Source: Octopus vulgaris (Eukaryota). Taken from it: 64,000 nucleotides of DNA. Location of the stretch: contig OX597818.1 in assembly GCA_951406725.2 (NCBI GenBank), positions 64,852,001 to 64,916,000 of the forward strand, in the 5' to 3' direction. Shown piece after piece: positions 14,336-30,404 of this stretch. Made by a program: the position numbers and the translations under genes. Every line of letters starts with the position of its first letter. Within the stretch, counting starts at the first letter, position 1. Under the pieces are notes generated by a model. That model saw nothing but the letters and a program-made list of their open reading frames with translations, ran no database searches and was not told the origin of the DNA.

Positions 14336-14952
14336 GTATAGATTTCTAAAAAATAATAACTATTTTCACATCTGAAATAAAAAGGAATAAACGCCAGACC
14401 ACAGGAGAGATACTGAATGACTTGACCGCTAGTATGGAAACATTGAGACGTATAAATACACGGAGGAACGCATGCGCACATGGAAGCCTATTCAGACTTA
14501 TACATAGGAGTAGGAGTGGCTGGGTGATAAGTAGTTTGTTTACCAACCACATGGTTCCGTGTTCAGTCCCACTGCGTGACACATGTCACAATTTTCCTCT
14601 TCAGTAGGTGATATTTAAATTAAGCATGTCTGGAAGAAAAGAAAAAAAAAATCCCCTCAAAATTAATAATAAATAAGAACAAAAATCTATGTTTATCTCC
14701 AATGTCCTTTGTTCATTTTTATTTTACTTTAAACAGCACCTGCTGCAGAGTAAAAGTTTGACCATTACGATGTTCTCTTTATGACGATCTTGGTCCATTT
14801 GTAAGAAACAATTGCATAGGAATATGAAAATACAAAATAAAATCTATTTTGACATCTACATCTAATTTTCTTCATTTCAATAACATGAATAAATTTGTTG
14901 AACTTTGTTTAGTAAGTTAAGTCATATAATGGTTATTTCTATGAGAGTGTTT

Positions 14953-15031
<79 letters not shown>

Positions 15032-15267
15032 TGTGTGTGTGTATATATCTCTATATAAATACATGTGTTAGCGCCTCGCAGGTATACTTCGCTTCTTCTT
15101 TATTATCGAAAAAGAGCATTTCCGTCTAATATTCATAAGCTTTCATTTATAGATATATGCCTCTGCTTCCAGATATTTTCAACAAGAGATTGTAAGATGT
15201 CGACCTGCTCTCGGAAGTTCCTAAAATGTTTAACTTGCACAATGTATATATATATATATATATCATA

Positions 15268-15326
<59 letters not shown>

Positions 15327-16653
15327 TATACTTACACATGTGTACATACCTACATATATATGCATATACACATGCATATATGGGTACGGGACGTCAAAAA
15401 GGAAACGTGAACAACGGGAAAAACGAGAATAAGAAAAAGAAGGAAATGGAAAACAAACTTCTTTTTGAACAACGAAAGAAACAAATAAAAAAACGATTCG
15501 GCAACATAAGAAACAATCCCTTCATGTGTTGTACCCCGTTTTATCTACTCCACGTTTCGAACGCTTGGTGCAAGACGCATCTTCGCTAAACAGTCTTTCC
15601 CGCAAAGCAAATTATACAAAATTTGGCATACATGTATATGTATACATGCATATATCCATACATATGTCTGTGTGTATAAATGCATGCTTACTCTACAACA
15701 TCTTCTGCAGCGTATTTCTGGAACACACACAAGTGCTTCAAATATCTTTCTATAAATTTCATGTTTCTTCTTTCTTTCTTCTTACTTTCTTTCGCGTCTC
15801 TCTTTCTATATCCATGTATTCATATTTATGTGCTTGTGTGTATATGTATGTTTGATTGTTAGTGTGTCTATGCTTCTCTGCGTTTCTGAAAAGTGGAACA
15901 CATTTATATATATAAGACAACTTCTCCACGTATCAGTGTTTTTAACATTAAAGCTTATCGTGTCTTGAAAATCTGTCATTTTTATATTTATTATGTTTTT
16001 TGTGATATTTCTATATATCCTCTATAACGAGAAAAAATTCCCATCTTTTTTTTTATTTTCAATGTTAGCTGCAAATATACAGAATGTCTGAATATTAATA
16101 TAAACATAACGAAACTCATTTTTGTTAGAAATTACATTAATCGCTTACGAGTTAAATGTCAATAGGTTATCTGTACCTGACATTGATATTCTGAGGCAGT
16201 TAACTGAACAATATCTTAGTATACCCCATAGTGATAATAACAGAATGAAACAGAATAGCGAAGAACTGCTGGGGACCGTATAATAGTATCATATTTACGA
16301 TGTATTAATGTTGCTTACTCGTAAACGTAAATTATGCCTTTTATTAAAACGTTCAATAACAGTGTATTCGATGGAGTGCATTGCAGACGAACACAGTTAT
16401 GATGCACCACGAAAGGAAAATATCACGGTGACATATTTTAATACAATAGATGTGATCCTACTTATGGAACTCCTTTTCTTTCTGGGAAAATGTGTCACGC
16501 CAACTTTTATACACGTCGTAATTCTAGTGTTTCCGGTTAGTAATGGAGTCAGGCGAGTGTGTTAGATCAATAGACATGAAACGGTTACTTAAGAAGAATA
16601 TAAATATCGCCACCCATTAATAATACACAAAGTGGTTATTGTGTTATGTAGAA

Positions 16654-16705
<52 letters not shown>

Positions 16706-16786
16706 CTGTGCGTGTGAGTGTTTATGCACGCATCTATGTTTATGGAACCTTATACAAACATATTTGTTTAAGTATCTATATATAAA

Positions 16787-16843
<57 letters not shown>

Positions 16844-16979
16844 ATATATAAAGATATAAAGATATATATATATATGTACATGCATACATACATATATATA
16901 GCTAGATAGATGGAGACAAACATGAATATATATATATACACATGTCTATATCTATCTATTTACACACACACGTATATAT

Positions 16980-17022
<43 letters not shown>

Positions 17023-17025
17023 AAC

Positions 17026-17087
<62 letters not shown>

Positions 17088-19736
17088 GTTATTCATGTAG
17101 ATCTTGTAAAGAAAATTACATTATATTTTCTTGCAGATTGTATATGGTTTTGCGTGCCTGTGTGTACTATTCCTGAATGCTACACTTGCCTATCGTGTAA
17201 TGAATACTAAAATATGAATTCTTGCTGTATAACAATAACTTTATTATACTATCGAAACTGCAATCAGAATAACTTTGAGTGAATCTGTAGGTAATTAGGC
17301 GTTCAAAGTTTACGGGGGAACGACACCATTTATACAAATAAATATGAAGATCTTATTTGAATAAACATATAGAGATATCAACGCACATTAATATATATTC
17401 TGCAAGTTTGTTCGCTCGTTTTCGTAGAATACATGATCTGCAGAAAATTATTTAATATTAAGCTTGACCCTCCTGACGTAAAATGGTTAAGGATTGTTTA
17501 GCAAATTCTTGATGAAACAACTCCACAGTTGATTTCTTTCCAGCGGTCAAATTTCTCTTTTATACATTAAGAAGTTCTATTCATTGCAAGTAAGATTGCT
17601 TGTTTTATACATTTCAAATGGAATGTTTTGCTCAAGAACACAGCAAATCGCCCTGTCAGGAAATCGAAACCGTTATCTTCAGATCATGAGTACAATACCT
17701 TAACAGCATGTTTAAGGACCGTCACAATATTCATGTCATTCGATGCCAAAATTAGTCCTGAAATGGGCCTCAATAGGTCACTACTTAAGACTTGGGTATA
17801 TTTCATAAAGAAAATAAAGTACTTAGAGCTTGCGGATTTTACGGAGACGGCTAAACTCTAACCACTGAAACGTATTCATTGCGAAGGAGTACAATTGCAA
17901 ATTAGTAACACATCAATGATCAAGGATTTCAGCCTTGATACAAAGTTCAGTTAACACATACATATTATATTCTTGGTTTCAAAATTTGCCTTAAGATTAG
18001 CAGTATAGGGGATTACCATGACCCCGGTGCTCAAATGGTACTTGGTTTATCGACCTCGAAATGATATAGGTCAATGTGAACTTAGCGGATTTTGAACTCA
18101 GAACGTAACAAAAACTGTCATCGAAATGACGCTAAGCATTTTGCCCGGCGCGGTTAGCGATTCTGCTCGCTGACACTCTGCAGAGGCCAGTTTACAATTA
18201 TTAATATTAGAGAATTACTGTCATTCCATCGGTAAAATTCGACCTGGATGTACGAGCCACATTTGTCGTATCAGTAACTAATGGCTTGCGAATGAGATGT
18301 GATCGAGCGATCGCTGCAATGGTAGAAATTAATGGCTAAAAAATCTGGGAAGAAAAACAATATTATCGGTAGAATCTGGAAAGCAATAGCAGCATGGCGC
18401 TCGAGAATTGTTTTATTATTCCTTTGAAGTGAAGAAGACTGATAGCAAATGGACAACCTGTCACAATGAAACACGCCCACCTTCCTCAGACAAATGCACC
18501 TGTAAAATAATAGCTTTTCATGGAAGTGGTAGTGTTATGCCAGCCCTGAGAAATACGAAATTCAAAGAAAAATGGAAGATTAGGTATGTGAGGTGTGGAA
18601 GGGTAGGTGTGTGTACATATGTATGCGTGTGTACGGATGCGTCAGTAAAATTGCTTCACGCATTAGCATAGGCTTTATCGATATATCACAACTATATTTT
18701 TCCTGTAATAATTCACGGAAGGCGGTTTTCTTCCTCTGTCAGCAATATATATATTATATATACAAGGTGCACAGCTGCACTGATAACCAGCTGGCAGAAT
18801 ATCTACCTGGGATTAGGCTAGTAGAAACATGGAGCAGCCACTCTGATGTGATTACTGACTTTACTTGTTAGTGTAATTACTATTCTGATCTCTTCCTGAG
18901 ATTTTCCAACGAGATATTTTTTCTTGCTGCAAATCAGTGACCGATGGTTGCTTTGTTTACAACATATTTCTGGCTGGAGCGGACTCTGGCTATCGCTCTA
19001 GAGGGCCAGTACTCGCGACTAAGAATAAGCCAAGTAGCTTCAAACTGAATCAGTCTCGCCATCCTGTTGTTTCCTACACAATGGTAGGGGTTCTCTCCCC
19101 CTGCTAGCAATATGGATTGCATATACAAAATGCAACGTTGCACCGATAACGAGCTGGTGGAAGATCTGCCTGGAGTTAAACTAGCAGTAACAGGGAACTG
19201 CCACTTTGACGTGGTGATTACCTTTATGTGTGTGTGTGAGCGTTTGTCTGTTTTTGTATATTTTGTACCAGCATTTGTCTACCACACCCGCTTGACAATC
19301 GCTGCTGATGCTTTTACGGCCCCGTAGATTACAGGGTCGATAAAAGGACCCAGCAGGATAAGTAACAACTCTAAAACCGGATTAGCTCTGGGGATGATTC
19401 ACTTGACTAAAAGTTCTTCAAGGTTCGTGCGCTCCAACATGGCCGCAGCCACTTCATTGACACGAGCAAAAGGGAAAAGTCATTGAAAATTTGAATTTTT
19501 ATTGGACATAGATTTTTAGCCGTTGGCTCAATGGTTATTCAACATGCAAAACTTTAGAAATTATGTGAAAATTGGGTAGAGGTAGTTTATACTAAACAAC
19601 AGTATTTATGGATTTCTCATGAAGCTATTGCTAAGGAATTACCTTTGTTTTTGTGAAAATGCATTTCACTTTTGGTAAATTTCAAAATAATGACTTACTC
19701 CTTATAGCTCTGTATTTTGGTATTAAAACAGCATAA

Positions 19737-19970
19737 TATTAGGTTGTTGCATAATTATTGCGGCTTTTTACAGCAAAATTTATTCATTAAAAACAATAAC
19801 AACATTTAACAAAAGCATATTTACATGATTATTCCAACGGGCTGCGAAGCAAATGGAAAGCAGTAATTGAAGTAGATGGTGAATATGCGCCGGAATAATA
19901 ATTTAAATATGTTTTGTTTGAAAACATTTTTTTTTAATATAAACCGCAATAATTATGCACCAACATGATA
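19737..19970 (+). mobile_element. Mariner-derived MITE
   Basis: TIRs ttaggttgttgcataattattgcgg / ccgcaataattatgcaccaacatga, TA-flanked; internal remnant LRSKWKAVIEVDGEY* is a mariner transposase C-terminus. Confidence 0.85.
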
Positions 19971-20332
19971 TATGTCAACTGCAATAAATGAAATTCTTAA
20001 ATTCATTTTATTGTAATTGAATTGCCCGAGGAATCATCACTGGTTGTCTCGATCCAGGATCTGGGTTTCTGTATCATATCTCATATCTCGATGAGAAAAT
20101 AATAATGTTGTTTTTTTTTTCTTTTTCATATAAGCGACACGGGTACCGTGTTTCTGTCGTATTTGTTTAGTTATTATTGATCATTTTATGAGATGAAAGG
20201 ATTCTTATGTGGCGTAATGGTGATTCCTGTCTGTTAGTGATTCAGAAAATCATTTTAACGTTTGCAAGCCATTACGTTAATATGATTACTCAACTTCATC
20301 AATGTTCGATACGAATAATTGGCAGCAAAATC

Positions 20333-20402
<70 letters not shown>

Positions 20403-20473
20403 GTATATATATGTATATATATATGTATATGTATATATATGTATATATATATGTATATGTATATATATGTATA

Positions 20474-20569
<96 letters not shown>

Positions 20570-20597
20570 CTGTGTGTTTATATATATATATATACAT

Positions 20598-20630
<33 letters not shown>

Positions 20631-20781
20631 AGCATGTACATATATAGGTATAAACATGCATTTATATACTTATTTATGTGTGTGTTTGCGTGTATGTATG
20701 TATACGTAGGTATTAGATTTGTGTTAATTCGCCTTAATTACTGATTCTATAACAACGCGATTTCTATTAATCTTGTTTTCA

Positions 20782-20836
<55 letters not shown>

Positions 20837-21030
20837 TATATATATATAGATATATATATATATATATATATATTGTGCATCCATAAACTTTCTTTATATC
20901 TAAGGTAAAGTGGGAGTGAAAAGTTCATGTAGGTGGCGAGAACTATGGATATATACGTATTTTCATGAACATATATATATATACACAAACATACACATGT
21001 GTATATACATATACATATACATATACATAC

Positions 21031-21163
<133 letters not shown>

Positions 21164-21173
21164 TCTACAGGAC

Positions 21174-21272
<99 letters not shown>

Positions 21273-21787
21273 TTCTCTCCATTTATATGATCTTTGTTCT
21301 TCCTTTTTACCTTAGATATATTTCTAGCAATGCTAGTGTTCCCTGGGCCCTTCGTCATTTTTTAGGGACGGTGAATTATTTCCTTTTTCGTTTTGAACTT
21401 CGTGTAGCTATTTTAATTATTTTATAATTTCCACTCTACAATTTTGCGGAATCAGCCACTCAATCTTTTGATTAATTCTATATGAAATGAAAGGGTTGAA
21501 TACAGCTTCACCACCCGCCTCAGTGTATGAATTAATGAAGACCATTAAATTCCACACGAAATGGCATGCCAATCTAATGCCACTCGCTTGCAGTGGGAAG
21601 GTTATCTCCCTCATCGGTGAATATAACATTTTCTTGTGTGGCTAAATAGTTCTTTCACACTTATTTCTAGCACAGTTGGTGCTTGCGGCGCCCTTCGTCA
21701 CTTTTTAATGACGGTGAGTTATTTCCTTTTTGGGTTTGAAAAAATGTCTAGCCGCATTAATTATTATTATTGTTGTTGTTGTTGTTG

Positions 21788-21877
<90 letters not shown>

Positions 21878-21889
21878 CTGGTTTGGCAG

Positions 21890-22600
21890 TGCTTCTGTGT
21901 GGCGTTACAGGTTCGTGATGTACTGTCAAGGCACGGAAATGCCGTCTACCCGATATATCCGCGGTGCGGGTGGGACAAGGAAACCGTCTTGCACGCATTT
22001 CTGGAATGTCCAGAATTCACAGGACTGATAGTTTTCGCAGAACAACTGTTGTCATCAATGGGAAGAGTACAGCTATCAGTTGAGTTTATCATCGGGACTG
22101 TGTCACCTAGTTCCCTTAACAGGGAAAGGAAAGCTTGCTTTTTCTGTGTAGTAGTCATTCTGAAAGAAACAGTATGGAAGATGCGTGTGAGAGGCATTAT
22201 GACGGGTACCTTTGTATCCGGTCAGGCGTTGGTTAACCTTTTTTTGTTACCACCTCAGTAGTAAGATCAGGCTGGGGAAGAGGTACCTGTCACGAGACAG
22301 ATTCATGAAAATATGGAAGCAGGTGGTAAGGAAGCTGGGAGCGAATGGAACCAGGTAAGTGGAGTTAAAAAGTAAACAATCGAAAGAGAAAGCAAGGGTT
22401 CTACTTTGGTGGTCGGATGCCTTTCCTTCGCAATGAGTAACATGTTATCAAGTAATTGGTAATTAGTAATTTGTAATTTGTAAATTGTAATTTGTAATTT
22501 TTAAATTGTATCGTAAATTTTTAAACGTTATAGCAGCTACTACACGTTTTTATGTTTGTCTGTCTTTGTTCGTCCCATCTTTGTAATGCCTTCACGGCAA
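21890..22600 (+). mobile_element. 5'-truncated L1/Tx1-type LINE 3' end (zinc-binding C-terminal domain plus 3' UTR)
   Basis: ORF 21770..22261 after the poly-Leu artefact: PRCGWDKETVLHAFLECP...KETVWKMR. Confidence 0.7.
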
Positions 22601-22614
22601 AAGTTTGTGAAATA

Positions 22615-22754
22615 AAGTAGCTTGCTTACGAATCACATGGTCTTGGGTTCCGTCCTACTGCGCGGCAACTCGAGCAAGTGTCTTCTACTATAGCCTCACA
22701 CCGTCCAAAACCTTGTGAATGGATTTGGTAGACGGAAACAGAAAGAAGCCCGTC

Positions 22755-22844
<90 letters not shown>

Positions 22845-22965
22845 TTGTGTCTGTTTGTCTCCTCAACATCTCTTGACAACCGATGCTGGTTTGTTTACGT
22901 CCCCGTAACCTAGCGGTTCGATGGTCACAGTCAATTGACTGAAACTAGTAAAAGCGTAAAAGAGT
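22615..22965 (+). mobile_element. SINE family B with internal (TA)n
   Basis: Homology to the complete copy at 59131-59580. Confidence 0.85.
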
Positions 22966-24599
22966 ATACTTTTTTCTTATACAGTTGTGTGCCGATCCAT
23001 GCGATTTGATATAAGTCTACCTGTCCACGTGTTTAAACGGCAAGAAACTATAAGTAGCTAAAAATTATGGATATATGAATATGACATCACTCCTTATCCT
23101 GCCTGAGGCATACTCGTCCTGTCATCACACGTAAATAAGCTCACTGTTTTATTAATGGAGCATTACGGATCTCTCATCATTCTTTCCTTATGGCTAAATT
23201 ATCTTTAATTATAAATGAATGCAGCTGATTTTTGATTGGAATCTAAACTGGAATATGTTCTAGAGAATGACATGAGTGTTTGATGTGTGAAATATCCTTC
23301 ATTTCCTTAGCGAATTCATCAATGACATTACTAATATACACATTTCCGTGGAACATCTGAGCTGTCAAAATACTATCTTTATTGGGATACTAACAAGAAT
23401 GCATACACTCAAATTATTCCAGTGCAATTTGAAATGTTTTTTCAAATAGTCGAGAAACCATAATATATAATTTATTCTCATCAACAACTTCTCCCTTCAA
23501 AATCCCATTATATTTTCACAGAAGAATGGGTGTGTTTTTAAATTGATTTCAGATTCTTTATTTTAAAACAAGCTTTCAATGGTCGCCATTGCAATACTCG
23601 TCTAACATAATATTGACTTCCTTTTGTTTGACATGTATGTTTATGTACACAAACTAATATCAATGGATGAACAAATAATTAAACTGCGAATATTTATTTT
23701 GCACCCTTTTATATTTATTTCGTTCGTTCCCTCACATTATACCATTAGTAATTTTTTCTAATTCCTTCTTAACTTCGTTCCATCGATCATTTTATATGTC
23801 TTCTCAGTATTTGTTATTTTAATCTTTATAATCTTTTTTATTTCTAATTTTATGGAATAGTTGATGATATTAATTCCTGTATTTTTACATTTATTTTAAA
23901 TAAGATATAGTTTTTATCTGTTCCTTTCTATTCTATAATCTGAAACACATCTTATATATTTATATATGAAATTTTCTCTTTTTTTGCCCATAATCTTAGT
24001 CTTTCACTCTATGGATTTCAATTAAATTTCTCTGAAGGCATTCTAGAAATCTAATATTTTTTCTCCATTTTTCAATCTTTATCACACATTTCAGTTTGAA
24101 CAAAGTATTTTCTTCAACGAGAAAGTAATATCTGCATAGAATAAAGTGCATAGTATTATGTTGCCCATAAATATAATTACATTTCCGTTAATGAAGGTAA
24201 AGTTCCGTCTTTAATTCTAACCTTATGTAACTCAACAAAGTATCTTGAGGAATGAATTTCCGTCTAATTATATTAAAGGGAAAGAATATGAGGAAAAAAA
24301 GGTTAAGAAAAAGATACCTGATGTGGTAATAGATGGGGAGGTTAAAAAGTATTGTCATTGTTTTGTATCACACCCCGCTCATTATTGGCAAGAAATAGTA
24401 TACAAAATATCTGTAAATAAACATTTATTAATCATTATATGGAGGGAGAAACTCGCAACATAATATTCCCAAACCAGACGGACTCGATGGAGAAACAAAT
24501 ATGGAAATGGGGGTGGGGTGAATCACAAATTCACTTCCATTAACTTACGGGGAATAGTGTATATATGATGTGTGTTATTTTATTCATTAATTTGTCTCA

Positions 24600-24774
24600 G
24601 TTATTTGAATGCGGCCATGATGGAGCACTGCCTTTAGTCGAGCAAATCGCCCCGCGTACTTATTCTTTGTAGGACAAGTACTTATTCTATCGGGTCTTTT
24701 GACAAACCGCAAAGTTACGGGGACATAAACACGCTAGCACCGGTTGTCAAGCGATGCTATGCTCACACACACAC

Positions 24775-24830
<56 letters not shown>

Positions 24831-24920
24831 CAGGCTAATATTTATTCTATCGCTAAGTTACGCGGACGTAAACACACAAGCATCCGTTGTCAAGCGAACG
24901 TAGGTACAAACACAGACACA
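24600..24920 (-). mobile_element. SINE family B 3' segments
   Basis: gcggccatgatggagcactgcctttagtcgagcaaatcg is the reverse complement of the family B tail. Confidence 0.75.
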
Positions 24921-25218
24921 CAGACGTGGGCGCACACACACTCACACAGTGAGGGGCTAATACCATTCCACATGCCCTTTACACGTAGTACTTATCCATC
25001 TGTTCTATTCTGATTAAAGTAGCCTCAAATTATTGTAAACTTGTTTACAAAGACCTTAAGTTTCGTAACAATACTTTGAAATTCACTGTCAAGTGATTCT
25101 TGTCGATGGATATTCGTCCCTTATTTACCTAGATTTTGAGGTTCACGAGCTGTCAATTTTGGCATTTAGTCAACATTCCACCCCTCTACTTCATGGTGAG
25201 ATTCATATTATAGCATCT

Positions 25219-25680
25219 GAAGGCGGCAGAAACGTTAGCGCGCCGGGCGAGATGTTTAGCGGTAGTTCGTCTGTGTTTATCTTGAGTTCAAATTCCGTCG
25301 AGGTTGACATTGCCTTTCATCATTACTAGGTCGATAAATTAAGTACCAGTTGTATGCTGGTGTCGATCTAATCGACTTGAATCCTCCCCAAAGGCCGATC
25401 TAAACGACTGGAATCCTGCCCCAATATTTCGGACCTTGTGCCTGGAGTAGAAAAGAATAATATAGCATCGGAAAGCGGTGAGCTGGCAGAAACGTTAGCG
25501 CGTCGGGCTAAACGCTTAAAGGTATTTCGTCTGTCTTTACGTACTGAGTTCAAATTCCACCGAGATCGACTTTGCCATTCATCCATTCGGGGTCGATAAA
25601 TTAAGTATCAGTTGCGTACTGAGGTCGACCTAATAGACTGGTCCCCACCCCAAAGACTTTCCCGCATTGTGCTTAGTGTA
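25219..25680 (+). mobile_element. Two tandem SINE family A copies
   Basis: Heads at about 25219 and 25472, each followed by the core. Confidence 0.85.
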
Positions 25681-26363
25681 TGTCATCTGAAGTTGAGATA
25701 TGTTTTCCACTCTCTCGTCGGGATTAATGGAAATTCGAGAATAGCAAAGAGAGCAATGACAATTTGGATTGACAGATGCAATTTTTGAATAGTTTATACT
25801 TGATCATCAGAGAGTGTAGGAGATGCGAACTTGTCTTTTAAGTCAGAAACTAAATTAATTCCTATGGCACAAGACACAAAACAGTTAACCGTTTTAATCC
25901 TTCAATGACTGAAACTTGATTCTAACTGCAACTGTAATAAACGCTGCTTATCCACAGCGGGTGCATTCATACAAATGCAAGGAAAAACAGATATAGAAAG
26001 AGAAGAGAACACTCACAGACATGTAACCCGCAACACACACACATATGTGAGTATGTAAAATCATTCACACTCACACACATACATGTGTGTGAATAGTTAT
26101 TAACCCGTACACTCCCACAGAGACCCAAATATACGCGGGTAGGAATTAGCTCTTACGTGCTCCTACATATGCGTGCGTGTATCTGTGTGTGTGTGTCTGT
26201 CTGTCTGTCTGTCTGTCTATATTTGCGTAGAAGTCCTCATACATAGACACACATACACATGTGTATATTTATTCAATGTCACTCTATAGTGCTCTTGCCG
26301 TTTTGGAAATACATATATATATATATATATATATATAAGTATGTATGTATATATATATACATG

Positions 26364-26405
<42 letters not shown>

Positions 26406-26425
26406 AATGTATATATTTGTGTATC

Positions 26426-26475
<50 letters not shown>

Positions 26476-26485
26476 CATACATACA

Positions 26486-26570
<85 letters not shown>

Positions 26571-28910
26571 ATTGAGGATAACAAAATTTTGAAATATCGC
26601 TCTTCGATGAGGACCAAAATAGCAATTTGTGATCGAGTCTCTCGGCCTAATAATCAGTTTCCTGAGTCTGTCGAAATTATTTACGCATAAATGTCTTTTC
26701 CAATGTATTATATCGCCTGTATTAAACTATATTCGGGGTTATATTTAAAGGAACGAATTGTAATAAACTTATTTATAAAGAAAGGACTTTTAATACATAT
26801 TCGTTCACACACTATAAATTATCAAGTTAAAATGTCATATATATTTTCGTTATATATATCTTCGCGAACATAATATGCATTGGTTAAATTCCACAAAAAT
26901 TTTGAAATATATTCTTTGCTTTTCACCAATGAAATAAATATAATTTCACACACACACACTCACATACACACACACAAATACACCCACGCATACACGGATA
27001 CACATGCGCGCACACTCACACACATAATAAATGGCTTAAGTTGATTTTATTGTTTAGAATTTTTGTGCGAATGGAAACGTTTTCATAAATAATCATATAT
27101 ATTTACTTTAAGACTGGCTTCATTTTATTTCACTGTGTATTTTTTTGGTTTAAAAAAAACATTTTCATAAATCTTCATTGAATACTTATATAAATAGATT
27201 ACCGTTGATATATCAATAATAATATTTGTCATAATTCAATTTGTTTGTTTCTATAAACCACATATTTTGTTATCGCAACGCACATATATTTCCTTCTCTA
27301 TGCTACCGTGTGCATAGAATTTTCTGAAATTGAATCATGCTACTTATCCAGGGTCTTTAAAATTTATTTGTCTTCCATAGCGAAAGATTCGTTAAAGTTT
27401 CACTGACGCTACACAATATAAATATCCACGAAGACATAAACCATTTTTGAGTCAGAATTTCTGCACAAACAAAGAAAAAAAATAGTACACCGAAAGCATT
27501 CTACAAGAACGTCTTGAATCGAAGAATTTTTCCGATTGCTATTAGATTCCTGTTTGATGGATGATTCGATCTCATTTCGTAGCAATATTTCACCGCTGTT
27601 TCTATTCCATTTGTTGAGTGTCTACTAGAGCCATAATAATGTAATATGTTACGATAAAAACAACATACAATAAAACACATGATATATAACTGATATCTTT
27701 ACACGCATTTATAATTCATACCCTGTACAATGTATTGATTGTATACTTTCAAATAAACCTTAAATCAAATTCCATAGCAGAAAGCTCTACTATTCACACA
27801 TAATTTGCCAAACAAAGTGTTCATATTGCAGTGAATAGGAAGATATGCGGGGGAACTTACAGTAAAATCCTAAACCTATTACGGTCAATTTTATTGCATT
27901 ATTTTTAAAAATCCGAAAATAATCCTCGAGATTTTATTATGTATTAGTCTGAATGACTTTTTTTTTTTCTATCATACCTAATGCGCCTACTATAATTGGA
28001 TTTTTTTCTGCTTTTGGCTCATAATATAGCTTGGATTTCCAGCCGCCATTCCGCTTCATCATCATCCTCTGCAGTTTGGCCCTAGATCCCTCTCCAGAAT
28101 GCCCTGCTTTCCTTAACATCTGGTATTATTGCCATATGTAATTGCCCATTTTGTTCCTGAAACAGTTACTTCTTATTCACTTCAAACAATCTGTTTTGCT
28201 AGAATTGTTTTGTTCTTCTGTCATATCTTGCCAGTTTTGCTTTGACTGCTACTACATTTAGAATGCAACAAAAGCGTAAATACCCTTTGAATTTTCTTTT
28301 CTTTCAGAAGCATTCACAAAACACGAATGACACTGAGAAGGTTCTAGAATCGTGTGTTATGGATTTATGAACTCTACGTTTCCAATCCAACTATAAAAAC
28401 CTAATAATAATGTATGAAAAATAAAATCTAATATAAGAAATAAAAGTTGATCAGAGCCAAAAGATAAGTAGAATAAATATATAGACATATACACACGTGC
28501 ATATATATATATATATATATATATAAGAATTTGTGTATGTAAGTGAGTGTGTGTGTGTGTGTGTGTACGAGAAACAGTCGTAGAGAAACATAGAGAGAAT
28601 TAGGGAATAATACATTCATGAAAACAGTAGGGTACATTTTAATTAATGAAAAAGAAAAAAAGCCTGAACATCAAGGAAAAATATTTGTGAGGAATATATC
28701 CAGGTAATAATCATCATTTCTGGTTTGTGACGTAAGTTTGTACCAAAATTCACACCACAATAGAAACGCAGCGTAGTATGTTATATAAAATGAACCAGCA
28801 GCAACAGCAACAGTAACAGCAAGATGCAACGTAATTCTGTCTAAGCAATGATATCAATCTTCTAATCTAAAACCGATAGAATTGTTCATATATTTCCTTC
28901 ATAACATTCA

Positions 28911-29081
28911 GCAGAACTGTCAGATTTTCAAATAGGTCGTATAGTTGGGCAATCTGAGGCTGAACTTAGCCAGCGAAAAATTGCTGAAAATCTTCAAATT
29001 CCTCTTGCTACTGTTAATAGAATTATAGTGCAATTTAACAGCCAAAGAAAAGAAACAATAGACTCTCGTCCAGGCCGACCT
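28911..29081 (+). pseudogene. Tc1-type transposase N-terminal HTH fragment
   Basis: Open frame [39 protein letters not shown]...SRPGRP. Confidence 0.75.
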
Positions 29082-29666
29082 ATAAACATGTTGCTAGCAC
29101 TATCCACTTCATTCACTGTTTCGTATCTTATCTAAAATAACTATTACTTAAACATTTTCTCACCCCGTGACCGATGAATGGATATAATAAATATCCTGAA
29201 AACAGCTGTAAGACCTATTTACAAATGTTCTAAAATCTTCACAGCCTTAGTTTTTTTTAATCGCATTCTGAACAAAAAATTAGGTATACACATGCTGATA
29301 TATGACCTACGTTGGACTCCTTATTCGCATTATCACCGAACCTGGAGCTTAAATATAACCTATCCATAGCACTTACTCAGCATTACCTGACACCTTTGCG
29401 TCTTCCTGACACGATTACCTCCCATAACATCTATCTATATATATATATTATTAATAAATATCAGGGTAGGTAAACTTTTTTAAATGTTTACTGCCACTGG
29501 CACGAAGAAACTAGTCAATAGACTGTATATTATTCATATAAAAACAGTGTACATTTAAACACATATTAATTTCTTAATTACCACTACTAGTGGTTTGGAT
29601 TTTGACTACTCCTAGCGTGTTAGATGTCCTATTAGTGTTACCTCTTATGTCTTTTAAGTGTATATT

Positions 29667-29719
<53 letters not shown>

Positions 29720-30404
29720 GAATCACACACACACACACACAAATACGCATACTTGTATGTGAATGAAATAATTTATTTTCGTATGTACTGCAAATAGACT
29801 GCTGAAATACTAATCGCTTCCCCGTCAAGGCACACCATACTTCGGTTAATCACGGATCAAGCAACCAAGCATAAAGTCTTTTTTAAGCACATTGCCATAA
29901 TTCCATACCTTCTATCTTTCACGAAGTGCGGTCATTGAACTAGGGCCATGCTGGGTCACGGGCACGAACGATTTAGCCCAAAGTGCAATATTAATAATAT
30001 ACGCCGCTACTTAATCTATCGGTACATAAGACCGAACTGTTAATTTCAAGAAATTTAAATGATAATTGCCTTGTGTAATTTATATATCTCAATAGATAAA
30101 TAAAAGTAAAATTCTGGCATTTTCATTTGTTCCAATACAAACGCACCAAAATACAGCCATTTATGAAAATATTTTATTTATATTTCGCGCTACTCAATGA
30201 TAAACAAACGTACATTAAAATCATTATAATCAAGGTCAATCTCTTGCAGTTGTAATCACGCATTTTAGAACGTACGTGAACATATACACATGCACACACA
30301 AACACACAGACACATATATATGTGCTTGTATATATATGTCAGTGTGGGAGCACGTGTGTATGTATGTGTGTATATGTATGTGTGTATATGTGTATATATT
30401 ATGT

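Noticed and set aside
15540-15595. Possible minus-strand hammerhead (gcgaaga...cgaaacgt)
   Set aside because: Core and stem I too degenerate; probably a decayed PLE tail
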